A stretch of DNA of 64,000 nt from Rhodobacteraceae bacterium CG17_big_fil_post_rev_8_21_14_2_50_65_11. Lineage in GTDB: Bacteria; Pseudomonadota; Alphaproteobacteria; Rhodobacterales; Rhodobacteraceae. The stretch is taken from positions 10,746 to 74,745 of the forward strand of contig PFEX01000231.1 of the NCBI GenBank assembly GCA_002783145.1, in the 5' to 3' direction. Positions 42,814 to 50,921 of this stretch are shown one piece after another. A program made the position numbers and the translations under genes. The notes beneath the pieces were generated by a model. It was not told where the DNA came from, searched no databases, and saw only the letters and a program-made list of their open reading frames with translations. Numbering within the stretch: the first letter of the stretch is position 1; each line of letters starts with the position of its first letter.

Positions 42814-43224
42814 TCAGCCTTTCGCGCGTGGATCGGGGCCGGCCATCAATTGGTGGAGCATCGGGCAATCGTGCTGCCCTCGGTCGCAGTTGGCGACAAG
42901 CTCGGACAACGCCGCATCCAGCCGTTGCAGATCGGCGATCTTGTCGCGCACCTTTGCACGATGCTGGCCCGCGACGCGGCCGGCCGCATCGCAGGCGCCC
43001 TTCGGATCGCGCGCGAGACCGCGAAGCGCAACAGCATCCTCCAGCGAAAAGCCCAGATCCCGACAGCGCCGGATGAAGCGCAGCGCGGCCACGTCTTCGG
43101 GCGCATAGACCCGCCGGCCCGAGGCGGTGCGCCGCGGTTTCGCGACCACGCCGGCGCGCTCGTAATAGCGGATCGTCTCGACCGGCACGCCGCTTGCCCG
43201 CGCCGCCTCACCAATCGCGATCAT
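42814..43224 (-). CDS. MerR family metal-responsive regulator
   Basis: IGEAA...ETIRYYERAG HTH; Cys ligands in GACD and CDRGQHDCP. Confidence 0.93.
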   Translation of the reverse strand: MIAIGEAARASGVPVETIRYYERAGVVAKPRRTASGRRVYAPEDVAALRFIRRCRDLGFSLEDAVALRGLARDPKGACDAAGRVAGQHRAKVRDKIADLQRLDAALSELVANCDRGQHDCPMLHQLMAGPDPRAKG

Positions 43225-43239
43225 GTGATGCGTCTCCTG

Positions 43240-43270
43240 TTGCTTCTGTAGCCACTACAGGTTGCAGGGT
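43240..43270 (+). promoter_or_regulatory. MerR-type operator/promoter
   Basis: -35-like TTGCTT immediately followed by the perfect dyad CTGTAG-CCA-CTACAG (43246-43260), between divergent merR and target genes. Confidence 0.75.
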
Positions 43271-43328
43271 CTGCCGGACAATGTCGAGAGCGTTCGACAC
43301 GGCGCGCGATACGAGAGGAAAGAGAGAC

Positions 43329-43652
43329 ATGTTCAAGACGATATGGGTCGGTTACGCAGGCGCCTTCGCGGCGCTTGGCGTCGGAGCCTGCTGCGTCACG
43401 CCACTGACGCTGATGCTGCTGGGGTTGGGCGGTGGCTGGTTGGCCATCTTCAGCACCCTTGCGGTGGCACGCGACTACGTGCTGGTGCCCGCCACGCTGC
43501 TGGTGCTGGCAGGCTGGTTCGTGGCGCGCCGACGGCACGCGATTGCCGGGCTGAAATGGTGGCTGACCGGCAGCACGGCCCTGACTGCCGCCGCCTGGGT
43601 CATCGTGCTCTACGAGGCCCGGATAAACGACGACTTCATGACCCCGATGTGA
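43329..43652 (+). CDS. MerT-like heavy-metal transport membrane protein
   Basis: Three hydrophobic segments; GACCVTPL...GLGGGW Cys pair in the first. Confidence 0.75.
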   Translation: MFKTIWVGYAGAFAALGVGACCVTPLTLMLLGLGGGWLAIFSTLAVARDYVLVPATLLVLAGWFVARRRHAIAGLKWWLTGSTALTAAAWVIVLYEARINDDFMTPM

Positions 43653-43657
43653 GCGCC

Positions 43658-43876
43658 ATGACCGAAAACACCATCACCCTGCAAAGCACCCTCACCTGCC
43701 CCGAATGCGGCCATGCGACGACACAGACCATGCCGACCGATTTCTGCCAGTGGTTTTACAAATGCACCGCTTGCGGCGCGGTCCTGAAGCCTCTGCCCGG
43801 CGATTGCTGCGTGTTCTGTTCCTACGCAACAGTGCCCTGCCCGCCGAGACAGGAGGGCAAAGACTGTTGCGGCTAG
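43658..43876 (+). CDS. GDCCVxC domain Cys-rich protein
   Basis: STLTCPECGH...MPTDFCQWFYKCTACG..LKPLPGDCCVFCSY..VPCPPRQ; all-Cys form, no in-frame TGA. Confidence 0.9.
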   Translation: MTENTITLQSTLTCPECGHATTQTMPTDFCQWFYKCTACGAVLKPLPGDCCVFCSYATVPCPPRQEGKDCCG

Positions 43877-43909
43877 GCGGGCGACCAGCGCCCTTGCCGC
43901 TGTTGCCGG

Positions 43910-44521
43910 TCACGGTTGGGCGGCCCGCGCGCGGTCGAACACCGCCATCTGGCTGGCGCCGCCCAGATCGGGATGGGCGCCGGCGATGTCGCGGAACTGC
44001 ACGTCGTAGCCCGCCTGCCCCGCCACCCGCCGGCCCCATTTGCGGAGCTTCGCCCGATCCCATTCGAAGCGGTGATCGGGGTGGCGCATCCGGTGGGGCG
44101 GCACACCGAGCAACGGGTTGAACTCGGCATTCGGCGTTGTGACCACCACGTGGCCCGGGCGCAGAACGCGAAACAGCGCGCGTTCCAGTTTCGAGAGCTT
44201 GTCCGGGTCGATATGTTCGATGGTCTCGACCAGGACCGCACAATCGTAACCGGCAAGGTCCGGCGTCGGCTCGGTCATCGAGGCAAGGCGCAAGTCGATC
44301 TGCGGCACGCAGACCTCCACCGCTGCCAGGCGGGTTTCCAACCGCCGGAGTGACCCGGCATGAATATCGAGCCCAACCAGCGTTTCGATACCGGGTTCAA
44401 CCGCAAGCCGCACGAAGAGATCGCCGTCACCACAGCCAAGGTCGAGCACCCGCTTTGCGCGACTGTCGCGCACCACTTTGTGCACGGCGCTCAGCCGTTC
44501 CTCGTGCAGCCAGCTTGTCAT
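43910..44521 (-). CDS. Stand-alone Hen1-like RNA 3'-terminal 2'-O-methyltransferase domain
   Basis: VLDLGCGDG SAM motif, ETIEH, TTPNAEFN, RHPDHRFEW, GGASQMAVF. ATG at 44521 overlaps the upstream stop; 203 aa. Confidence 0.8.
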   Translation of the reverse strand: MTSWLHEERLSAVHKVVRDSRAKRVLDLGCGDGDLFVRLAVEPGIETLVGLDIHAGSLRRLETRLAAVEVCVPQIDLRLASMTEPTPDLAGYDCAVLVETIEHIDPDKLSKLERALFRVLRPGHVVVTTPNAEFNPLLGVPPHRMRHPDHRFEWDRAKLRKWGRRVAGQAGYDVQFRDIAGAHPDLGGASQMAVFDRARAAQP

Positions 44522-45198
44522 GCGCCGCCGGGGCGTTGCATCAGCGCCACGTCCTTGCACGGCACCTCGCTCGACCAGCCCCAGCTTTCTGCCAGAAACC
44601 GAAACGTCGCCTCGCGGTAGAAAACCACATGCGTCGGATCCTTGCGGTAATGCCAATTGGCGAAGCGGTCATCCTCGGTCTGGAAACACGTCATCACCGC
44701 CAGCCAGCCGCCGGGCCGCACAAACGCCCGAAGCCGGGCGAACTCCTTGCCCGCGTGGTGGAAATGTTCCGCAGCCTCGGTGCAGGTGACGAAATCATAG
44801 GTGGCGGCAAGCGGCGCGGGGTCGGGCGCAAAGAAGGGGTCGTAAAGCGCCATTTCGTGCCCCGCCTCGCGCAGCATTTCCGCCAGTGCGGGGCCGGGGC
44901 CGCAGCCGTAATCGAGCCCGCTTGACCCGACCGCCAGCCGCGCCATCAGCGGATCGGCCAGTTTCGACAGAAAGCGGCGATAGCCCGGATCGCTCACCTC
45001 GTTTTCATGGTGCAGGTAATGGGCATATTCGTCGCCACGCGCCGGGTGCTGTGCAGGGTTCAGAAACCGCGCCGCGCAGGACGGGCACCGGAAATAGCGT
45101 TGCGCGTCCACGTCGAGGAAAGGCTCCGCCCGCGCCCCGCAAACCGGGCACGCCTGCGCGGCAGCGGCAGAATCGTCTGGAAACGGCCGGCGCGTCAT
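44518..45198 (-). CDS. Class I SAM methyltransferase with N-terminal zinc ribbon
   Basis: CPVC...CPSC, LDYGCGPG, YDPFF, EAAEH, WHYRKDPTHV. Confidence 0.88.
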   Translation of the reverse strand: MTRRPFPDDSAAAAQACPVCGARAEPFLDVDAQRYFRCPSCAARFLNPAQHPARGDEYAHYLHHENEVSDPGYRRFLSKLADPLMARLAVGSSGLDYGCGPGPALAEMLREAGHEMALYDPFFAPDPAPLAATYDFVTCTEAAEHFHHAGKEFARLRAFVRPGGWLAVMTCFQTEDDRFANWHYRKDPTHVVFYREATFRFLAESWGWSSEVPCKDVALMQRPGGA

Positions 45199-45512
45199 GC
45201 CCCCTGCGCCCGCGCAAGGCAGACCGTCTGCGTGAACGGCTTGTCCGCCGGCGGGTTGTCGAGGGTGACAGGTTCGGCCGACGCCACCGGGAAAGCCGCG
45301 CGCAGGCGATCAAGCACCCCCTGGCCCGCCGCGCAGGCTGCAACCCCGAGACGATCAGGCGCAACCTCGGACGCGGTAAAGGCGCTGATCATCAGGCAGT
45401 CCTGCCCCGGCAGGATCTCGAACACGTCACCGCCAAGCCGCAGGTCGCGGCGCCGGCTGAGTGTGCCGATCGGCGTCGGGGCATAATCCAGTTCCTCGAA
45501 AAACGCTCTCAT
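45195..45512 (-). pseudogene. Internally deleted spermidine-synthase-like methyltransferase
   Basis: Family-like N-terminus (FEELDYAPTPIG.LS.RR...FTASE) joined directly to a family-like C-terminus (AEPVTLDNP..DKPFTQTVCLAR); the central Gly-rich SAM motif is missing; 105 aa. Confidence 0.6.
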
Positions 45513-45692
45513 CCGCCTCGCCCGCCCCGCCCCGACGTGGCGTCGCAATGTTGTCCCCATAGCCCCTTATCGACCGGACGGCCGGCAGACTCAATCGGCA
45601 AGGCGATCGCTGCGGCGCGCGCATGGCAGTTGCCATGATTGGCCAAAGCTGGCACCTAGTCGCAAAGGCAGGCCCGCCAGACAGGAGACGGC

Positions 45693-46304
45693 ATGACAAT
45701 GCATCTGTACAAGAACGATCTTCCCGACGGACTCGATCTCGGACCGGTCGTCGCCATCGACTGCGAAACCATGGGGCTGAACCCTCATCGTGACCGGCTT
45801 TGCCTCGTGCAGTTGTCGGGCGGCGACGGCAATGCCCATCTTGTGCAGGTCGAGAAGGGCCAGACGGAGGCGCCGAATCTTGCGCGGATGCTGGAAGATC
45901 CCGCCGTGTTGAAGCTGTTTCACTTCGGTCGTTTCGATATCGCCGTCATGTATCACGCCTTCGGGGCGCTTGCTGCGCCCGTCTTCTGCACCAAGATCGC
46001 ATCCAAGCTTGTGCGCACCTATACCGACCGGCACGGGCTGCGGAACCTGTGCCAGGAAATGCTGAATGTGGATATTTCCAAGCAACAACAAAGTTCCGAT
46101 TGGGGCGCGCCGGACCTGACCGATGCGCAGATGACGTATGCCGCGTCGGATGTGCTCTACCTGCACCGGCTGATGGAAATGTTCAACGAACGCCTCGCGC
46201 GCGAAGACCGCGCCGAAATGGCAAAGGCCTGCTTCGATTTCCTGCCGACGCGCGCCAGACTCGATCTCGTCGGTTGGCCCGAAATCGACATTTTCGCGCA
46301 CTGA
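45693..46304 (+). CDS. rnd: Ribonuclease D-like DEDDy 3'-5' exonuclease
   Basis: AIDCET, RLCLVQ, FHFGRFD, QSSDWG, YAASDV. Confidence 0.9.
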   Translation: MTMHLYKNDLPDGLDLGPVVAIDCETMGLNPHRDRLCLVQLSGGDGNAHLVQVEKGQTEAPNLARMLEDPAVLKLFHFGRFDIAVMYHAFGALAAPVFCTKIASKLVRTYTDRHGLRNLCQEMLNVDISKQQQSSDWGAPDLTDAQMTYAASDVLYLHRLMEMFNERLAREDRAEMAKACFDFLPTRARLDLVGWPEIDIFAH

Positions 46305-46317
46305 GACGCTGACCCGG

Positions 46318-46914
46318 ATGGCCGCGCCCAACACCTATTCGCAGGTCGTGGCCTGGACAAAGGTTATCCTGCCGCTGCTGGCACTGGCGCTTTTGTCGAC
46401 CCTTTTCCTGTTCTCGAACACGCCCGATCCGGAACGCGCGATCCCCTTCGCCGAAGTGGACGTGCAGGAGCTGGCCCGAGAACAGCGCATCGGGCATCCT
46501 CGTCTCGCCGGCACCCTGCGCGATGGCCGCGAGGTTGTCTTTTCCGCCGAGCGTGCAGCGCCTGCCCCGACCAACCCGCGCCTGATTTCGGCCAGCATGG
46601 TGGACGCACGGATTGACCTTGATACCGACACCTTCCTGCTGATCGAGTCCGTCGATGCGCTGTTCGACACGCAGCGTGAAACCGCCGAACTGCGAGAGGG
46701 TGTGGAACTCACCACGTCCTCGGGCTTGCGGCTGACCACCGCGACGCTGCGGCTGGATCTGGCCGCGTCCACCGCCGAAGCGCCGCACGCGGTGCACCTG
46801 ACAGGCCCCGGTCTGGACCTGACGGCAGGGTCTATGCGGCTTTCTGCGGTTGATGGAAACGACGTAGCCCTGTTTAATGACGGCGTTCGGGTGCTATACG
46901 AGTCCCAGAATTGA
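46318..46914 (+). CDS. lptC: LPS export protein LptC
   Basis: Single N-terminal TM (KVILPLLALALLSTLFLF), beta-rich body, upstream of lptAB. Confidence 0.8.
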   Translation: MAAPNTYSQVVAWTKVILPLLALALLSTLFLFSNTPDPERAIPFAEVDVQELAREQRIGHPRLAGTLRDGREVVFSAERAAPAPTNPRLISASMVDARIDLDTDTFLLIESVDALFDTQRETAELREGVELTTSSGLRLTTATLRLDLAASTAEAPHAVHLTGPGLDLTAGSMRLSAVDGNDVALFNDGVRVLYESQN

Positions 46915-46924
46915 CGGAGTTTCG

Positions 46925-47410
46925 ATGCGCGCCCTTTTCCTGTCCGTTTGCCTGACCAGCCTGACCACCGCCCTCGCATGGGGCCAGACCGCCATCGGCT
47001 TTGGCGGCGTCGCCCATGATTCCAGCCAGGCGATCGAAGTCACCTCGGACAGCCTGCGTGTCGACCAGACCACCGGGAACGCAGTCTTCGCCGGCAATGT
47101 CATTGTCATGCAGGGTGATCTGCGGATGGCCGCTGGTGAGGTTTCCGTGATCTACAGCACCGGCGACACGCAAGACATACAGCAGGTTCTGGCCAGCGGC
47201 GGCGTCCTGCTGACCCGAGGAGAGGACGCAGCAGAGGGCAACGAGGCCGAATACTCGGTCGAGCGCAGCACCGTTTTGCTGATCGGCAACGTTCTGGTCA
47301 CGCAGGGCCGCACGACAATCGCGGGCGACCGGCTGAACATCGACCTGATCACCGGCAACGGCACGGTCGAGGGCCGGGTGCGCACCATCCTGCAACCGGA
47401 CGGGCAATGA
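46925..47410 (+). CDS. lptA: LPS transport periplasmic protein LptA
   Basis: Signal peptide, IEVTSDSL, AVFAGNV..QG OstA-like repeats. Confidence 0.88.
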   Translation: MRALFLSVCLTSLTTALAWGQTAIGFGGVAHDSSQAIEVTSDSLRVDQTTGNAVFAGNVIVMQGDLRMAAGEVSVIYSTGDTQDIQQVLASGGVLLTRGEDAAEGNEAEYSVERSTVLLIGNVLVTQGRTTIAGDRLNIDLITGNGTVEGRVRTILQPDGQ

Positions 47411-47414
47411 CCCG

Positions 47415-48176
47415 ATGTCGGAAAGACCTGACCTGACAACGGAACCGGGCCAACAGGGCCTGCGTGTTTCCAACCTTCGCAAAAGCTACAAGCGCCGTCC
47501 GGTCATCCGCGACGTCACCCTGTCGCTCGACCGGGGCGAAGTCGTTGCGCTGCTGGGTCCGAACGGATCGGGCAAGACGACCTGTTTTTATGCCATCGCC
47601 GGGCTGATCGCGCCCGAGGGTGGCACCGTGATCCTCGACGGGCAGGATATCACCTACCTGCCGATGTATCGCCGCGCCAAGGCCGGCATCGGATATCTTC
47701 CGCAGGAAATGTCGATCTTCCGTGGTCTGACGGTGGAGGACAACATCTCGGCCATTCTCGAACTTACCGAGACCGACCGCCACAAGCGCCATGAAAGGCT
47801 GGAGGAGCTGCTGTCGGAGTTTTCGATCAGCCATCTACGCGCGGCGCCCGCTGTATCGCTGTCGGGCGGGGAACGACGGCGCGCGGAAATCGCGCGCTGC
47901 CTTGCTTCAAATCCGCGCTACCTTCTGCTCGACGAACCTTTCGCCGGCGTCGATCCGATCGCGGTGTCGGAGATCCGGTCGCTTGTCGCGGATCTGCGCA
48001 GGCGGGGGCTTGGCGTTCTGATCACCGATCACAATGTGCGCGAAACGCTGGAAATCGTCGATCGCGCCTACGTTCTGCATGATGGCACCGTTCTGAAGAG
48101 CGGCACCGCCGAGGAAGTGGTGCAGGATGAAAACGTGCGCCGGGTCTATCTTGGTCAGAGTTTTCGCATAAGCTGA
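47415..48176 (+). CDS. lptB: LPS export ABC ATPase LptB
   Basis: GPNGSGKTT, YLPQE, LSGGERRR, DEPFAGVDP, ITDHNVRETL. Confidence 0.97.
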   Translation: MSERPDLTTEPGQQGLRVSNLRKSYKRRPVIRDVTLSLDRGEVVALLGPNGSGKTTCFYAIAGLIAPEGGTVILDGQDITYLPMYRRAKAGIGYLPQEMSIFRGLTVEDNISAILELTETDRHKRHERLEELLSEFSISHLRAAPAVSLSGGERRRAEIARCLASNPRYLLLDEPFAGVDPIAVSEIRSLVADLRRRGLGVLITDHNVRETLEIVDRAYVLHDGTVLKSGTAEEVVQDENVRRVYLGQSFRIS

Positions 48177-48406
48177 CTTGCATCAAAACAGCGGTCACCG
48201 TCGGTTGTCGTTGACAGCCCACCCTGATTCAGCGCCAAATGGGGACGATGTTTGAGCGCGTTCCCGATCTTCGCAAGCAAACCACCGGGCCCTCCGGCTG
48301 GATTTGTTCGAACCGAAATCGGGCCTGCGACCCTCGGCATCCTTATCCTGATTGACGGCCGGGTGTGGGTTTTCCCGCACCGGCCGTTCGCATATACGGA
48401 GGTCCC

Positions 48407-48976
48407 ATGCGCTATCAGATCAGCGGAAAACAAATCGATATCGGCGACGCGCTGCAGGTTTATGTCAAGGACGCCCTCAACGTCGCTGTAAAAAAATACG
48501 CTGAGCGTCCGACCGACGCGACCGTCATCTTTTCCCGCAATGGGCATGAATATGTTTGCGAGGCGACGGTGCATCTTTCGACCGGGTTGACCGCCTCGGC
48601 GAAAGCGTCCGCGTCCGATATTCACGCGTCGTTCGACCAATGCGCCGACAAGATGGAAAAGCAGCTGCGCCGCTACAAGCGCCGCCTGAAAGACCACCAC
48701 ATCAAGCGGTCGCAACCGGTTGAACATTTTGCCGGCTCCTCGTATATCCTCGCGAGTTCGGAAGGCGGGGACGATCAGGAACCGGACTCGCTTCAACCGA
48801 TCATCGTGGCCGAGATGGAGGCGAAGATACCTTCGCTTTCGGTCGGTGAAGCGGTGATGCAGATGGAGATCGCCGGGGCCCCCCTGCTGGTCTTCCGAAA
48901 CGAGGGACATGAGGGGGTGAACGTTGTTTACCGCCGCGATGACGGGAATGTCGGCTGGATTGACCCCCGTGATTAA
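48407..48976 (+). CDS. hpf: Ribosome hibernation factor (long HPF/RaiA)
   Basis: MRYQISGKQIDIG, KQLRRYKRRLKDH, VVYRRDDGNVGWIDP. Confidence 0.93.
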   Translation: MRYQISGKQIDIGDALQVYVKDALNVAVKKYAERPTDATVIFSRNGHEYVCEATVHLSTGLTASAKASASDIHASFDQCADKMEKQLRRYKRRLKDHHIKRSQPVEHFAGSSYILASSEGGDDQEPDSLQPIIVAEMEAKIPSLSVGEAVMQMEIAGAPLLVFRNEGHEGVNVVYRRDDGNVGWIDPRD

Positions 48977-49026
48977 CGCACATGGGGCCGGGTCGTATCG
49001 ACGCGGCCCCGAAACGGGACAGATCA

Positions 49027-49491
49027 ATGGAACTTGCGACGCTACTGCAACCGCAGGCTGTTCGGATTATTGCCGATGTCAGCAGCAAGAAACGTCTCCT
49101 TCAGCTTGTGGCGGAATTCACCGCGCCGCTGATAGACCAGCCCGAGACCGAGATTTCTTCGGCCCTCATGGAACGCGAAAGCCTTGGGCCCACCGGGTTC
49201 GGACAGGGCGTTGCCCTGCCCCATGCCCGCTTGCCAGGACTGACGAACGTCAGCGGCGCCTTTCTGAAACTGGAACGCCCCGTCGATTTCGAAGCGGTGG
49301 ACCGCAAGCCCGTCGACCTGATCTTTGCCCTGTTCGCGCCTGAAACGGCGGGAACGGAGCATCTGAAAGCGCTTGCGCTTGTCTCCCGAACGCTGCGCGA
49401 CAGCGCTCTTTGCCAAAAGCTGCGGTCCAATTCCGACCCCGCCACGCTGCACGCGATCCTGACAGAGGCACGCGCATCCAAGGCCGCCTAA
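49027..49491 (+). CDS. ptsN: PTS IIA-Ntr protein
   Basis: ERESLGPTGFGQGVALPH, HLKALA. Confidence 0.93.
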   Translation: MELATLLQPQAVRIIADVSSKKRLLQLVAEFTAPLIDQPETEISSALMERESLGPTGFGQGVALPHARLPGLTNVSGAFLKLERPVDFEAVDRKPVDLIFALFAPETAGTEHLKALALVSRTLRDSALCQKLRSNSDPATLHAILTEARASKAA

Positions 49492-50918
49492 CCTTCCCAG
49501 GGCGCAAAGCCGAAATTCACGAAATCCTTGCGATACGCATCGTAAATCAGTTGTTCGACCTCGCTGTCATTGATCTGTGACAGCGCAAAGGGTTCGTCCG
49601 GCAGGGCCATGTCGAACGGGGCCGCCCCACAACCAAGCGCATCGGCCAAGGCGGGCAGCCCGTCGATCAGCTCTTCTTCCCGGAAAATGCGGTCCGGCAG
49701 GGCGAAGGCGGCCATGCCTTGCAGGATCGCGGTTTGCGACGCCCAGATGGAGTCCACTTTCAGGCTGGTCTGTCCGGAAAGGTTGCCTTTCAGGAATCGC
49801 AGGAAAGCGATGAACGCCTCCCTGTGCTGATCGGCGTAATACCCCTTGATCGGCCCCTCTTTCGGGATCGGCAGATTGTAGCGGTTCTTCAGCACCCGGC
49901 GCGTATTGGAAAACGCCGGGCGGTCAGCCGGCAGAATGCAGGTGTTGAAGACATGATACGCCCGTTCCAGCGGATGGCGCAGCACCGTGAAACTGCGAAA
50001 TCCGGGATGCTTGCGCATCCATTGGCGGATGTCCTTCTGTTTCAGCCCGGTCAGCAGATCATCGCGACCGATCCCCTCCAGCCCCGCCATCCAGTCTTTC
50101 ACCGGCTCCACCGCTGCGCCGCGGATCGGCATGAACATGAGGCCCGTTTCAGGCAGGGCGACGAAGCTGGGCACGGCTGCATGGCGCGCCGGTTCGAAAT
50201 TCGGTGTCTTCGACAGGTCGAACCTGTCGAGCCTGGCCAGCGAGCGCACCATGTGATCGTAGTTCTCGACCTTCTCGGCCAGATCGCTGGGGTTCTGCTT
50301 TTTCAGCTTGGCATTGGTTGAGTCCAGCGTGTGGCTTGACCCGAGGAACCGCGCCAGCCCGCTTACCACCTCCGCGTCATTGATATCTTCATAGCGGATG
50401 AAAAACGCCGTCTGCCCGGTGGTCTGCAACCCGCGTTGCAGGGTCATCTGGAACCCTTGCAAATCGGCCAGCATGGTTTCGAATTCCCACAGGCGAAACT
50501 CGATCTTGGCGCTTTTCTGGTGCTTCATGTCCGTCAGGCGCCATTGCCCGGTTTCCGACGCGATCCGACGGCTGACATAGCTGTCCAGCGGGTTGCGTGT
50601 GAGGATCACCTTGGCAATGCGCGGATCGGGCAGGACGCGGTCCAGGACGCGCGGGTCGTGATCGTGGAAAAAGCGGAACCCCGGCAGCGCGTCGCCGGCC
50701 TTGCGGATCACCGCGTCGAGCAGGTCGAGCGGCGCCCGCTCGCGCCGGTCCATGTCGATGCCATGCATCTCGAACGTGGTGTGATGGCCCATGAAGGTGG
50801 GGTTGTAAAGCTCCCCCTTGCAGTCGATATCGGGCAGGTCGTTCAGCGTCGCCTCCAGGTAATTCGACCCGGTCCGCATCTCGGCGAAGATCACGAAGGC
50901 ATCGAAACGGTCGGACAT
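49488..50918 (-). CDS. Sulfotransferase (NodH/Stf0-like), apparently two sulfotransferase-like domains
   Basis: MRTGSN PAPS-binding loop and LTRNPLDSYVS; second domain FTVLRHPLERA. Confidence 0.8.
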   Translation of the reverse strand: MSDRFDAFVIFAEMRTGSNYLEATLNDLPDIDCKGELYNPTFMGHHTTFEMHGIDMDRRERAPLDLLDAVIRKAGDALPGFRFFHDHDPRVLDRVLPDPRIAKVILTRNPLDSYVSRRIASETGQWRLTDMKHQKSAKIEFRLWEFETMLADLQGFQMTLQRGLQTTGQTAFFIRYEDINDAEVVSGLARFLGSSHTLDSTNAKLKKQNPSDLAEKVENYDHMVRSLARLDRFDLSKTPNFEPARHAAVPSFVALPETGLMFMPIRGAAVEPVKDWMAGLEGIGRDDLLTGLKQKDIRQWMRKHPGFRSFTVLRHPLERAYHVFNTCILPADRPAFSNTRRVLKNRYNLPIPKEGPIKGYYADQHREAFIAFLRFLKGNLSGQTSLKVDSIWASQTAILQGMAAFALPDRIFREEELIDGLPALADALGCGAAPFDMALPDEPFALSQINDSEVEQLIYDAYRKDFVNFGFAPWEG

Positions 50919-50921
50919 GGC

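Noticed and set aside
43658-43876. Selenoprotein
   Set aside because: The family includes Sec forms, but this copy has no in-frame TGA and ends at TAG.
24950-45600. Prophage, ICE or transposon explaining the accessory tract
   Set aside because: No integrase, transposase, phage gene, tRNA or matching terminal repeats were recognised; only indirect scars.
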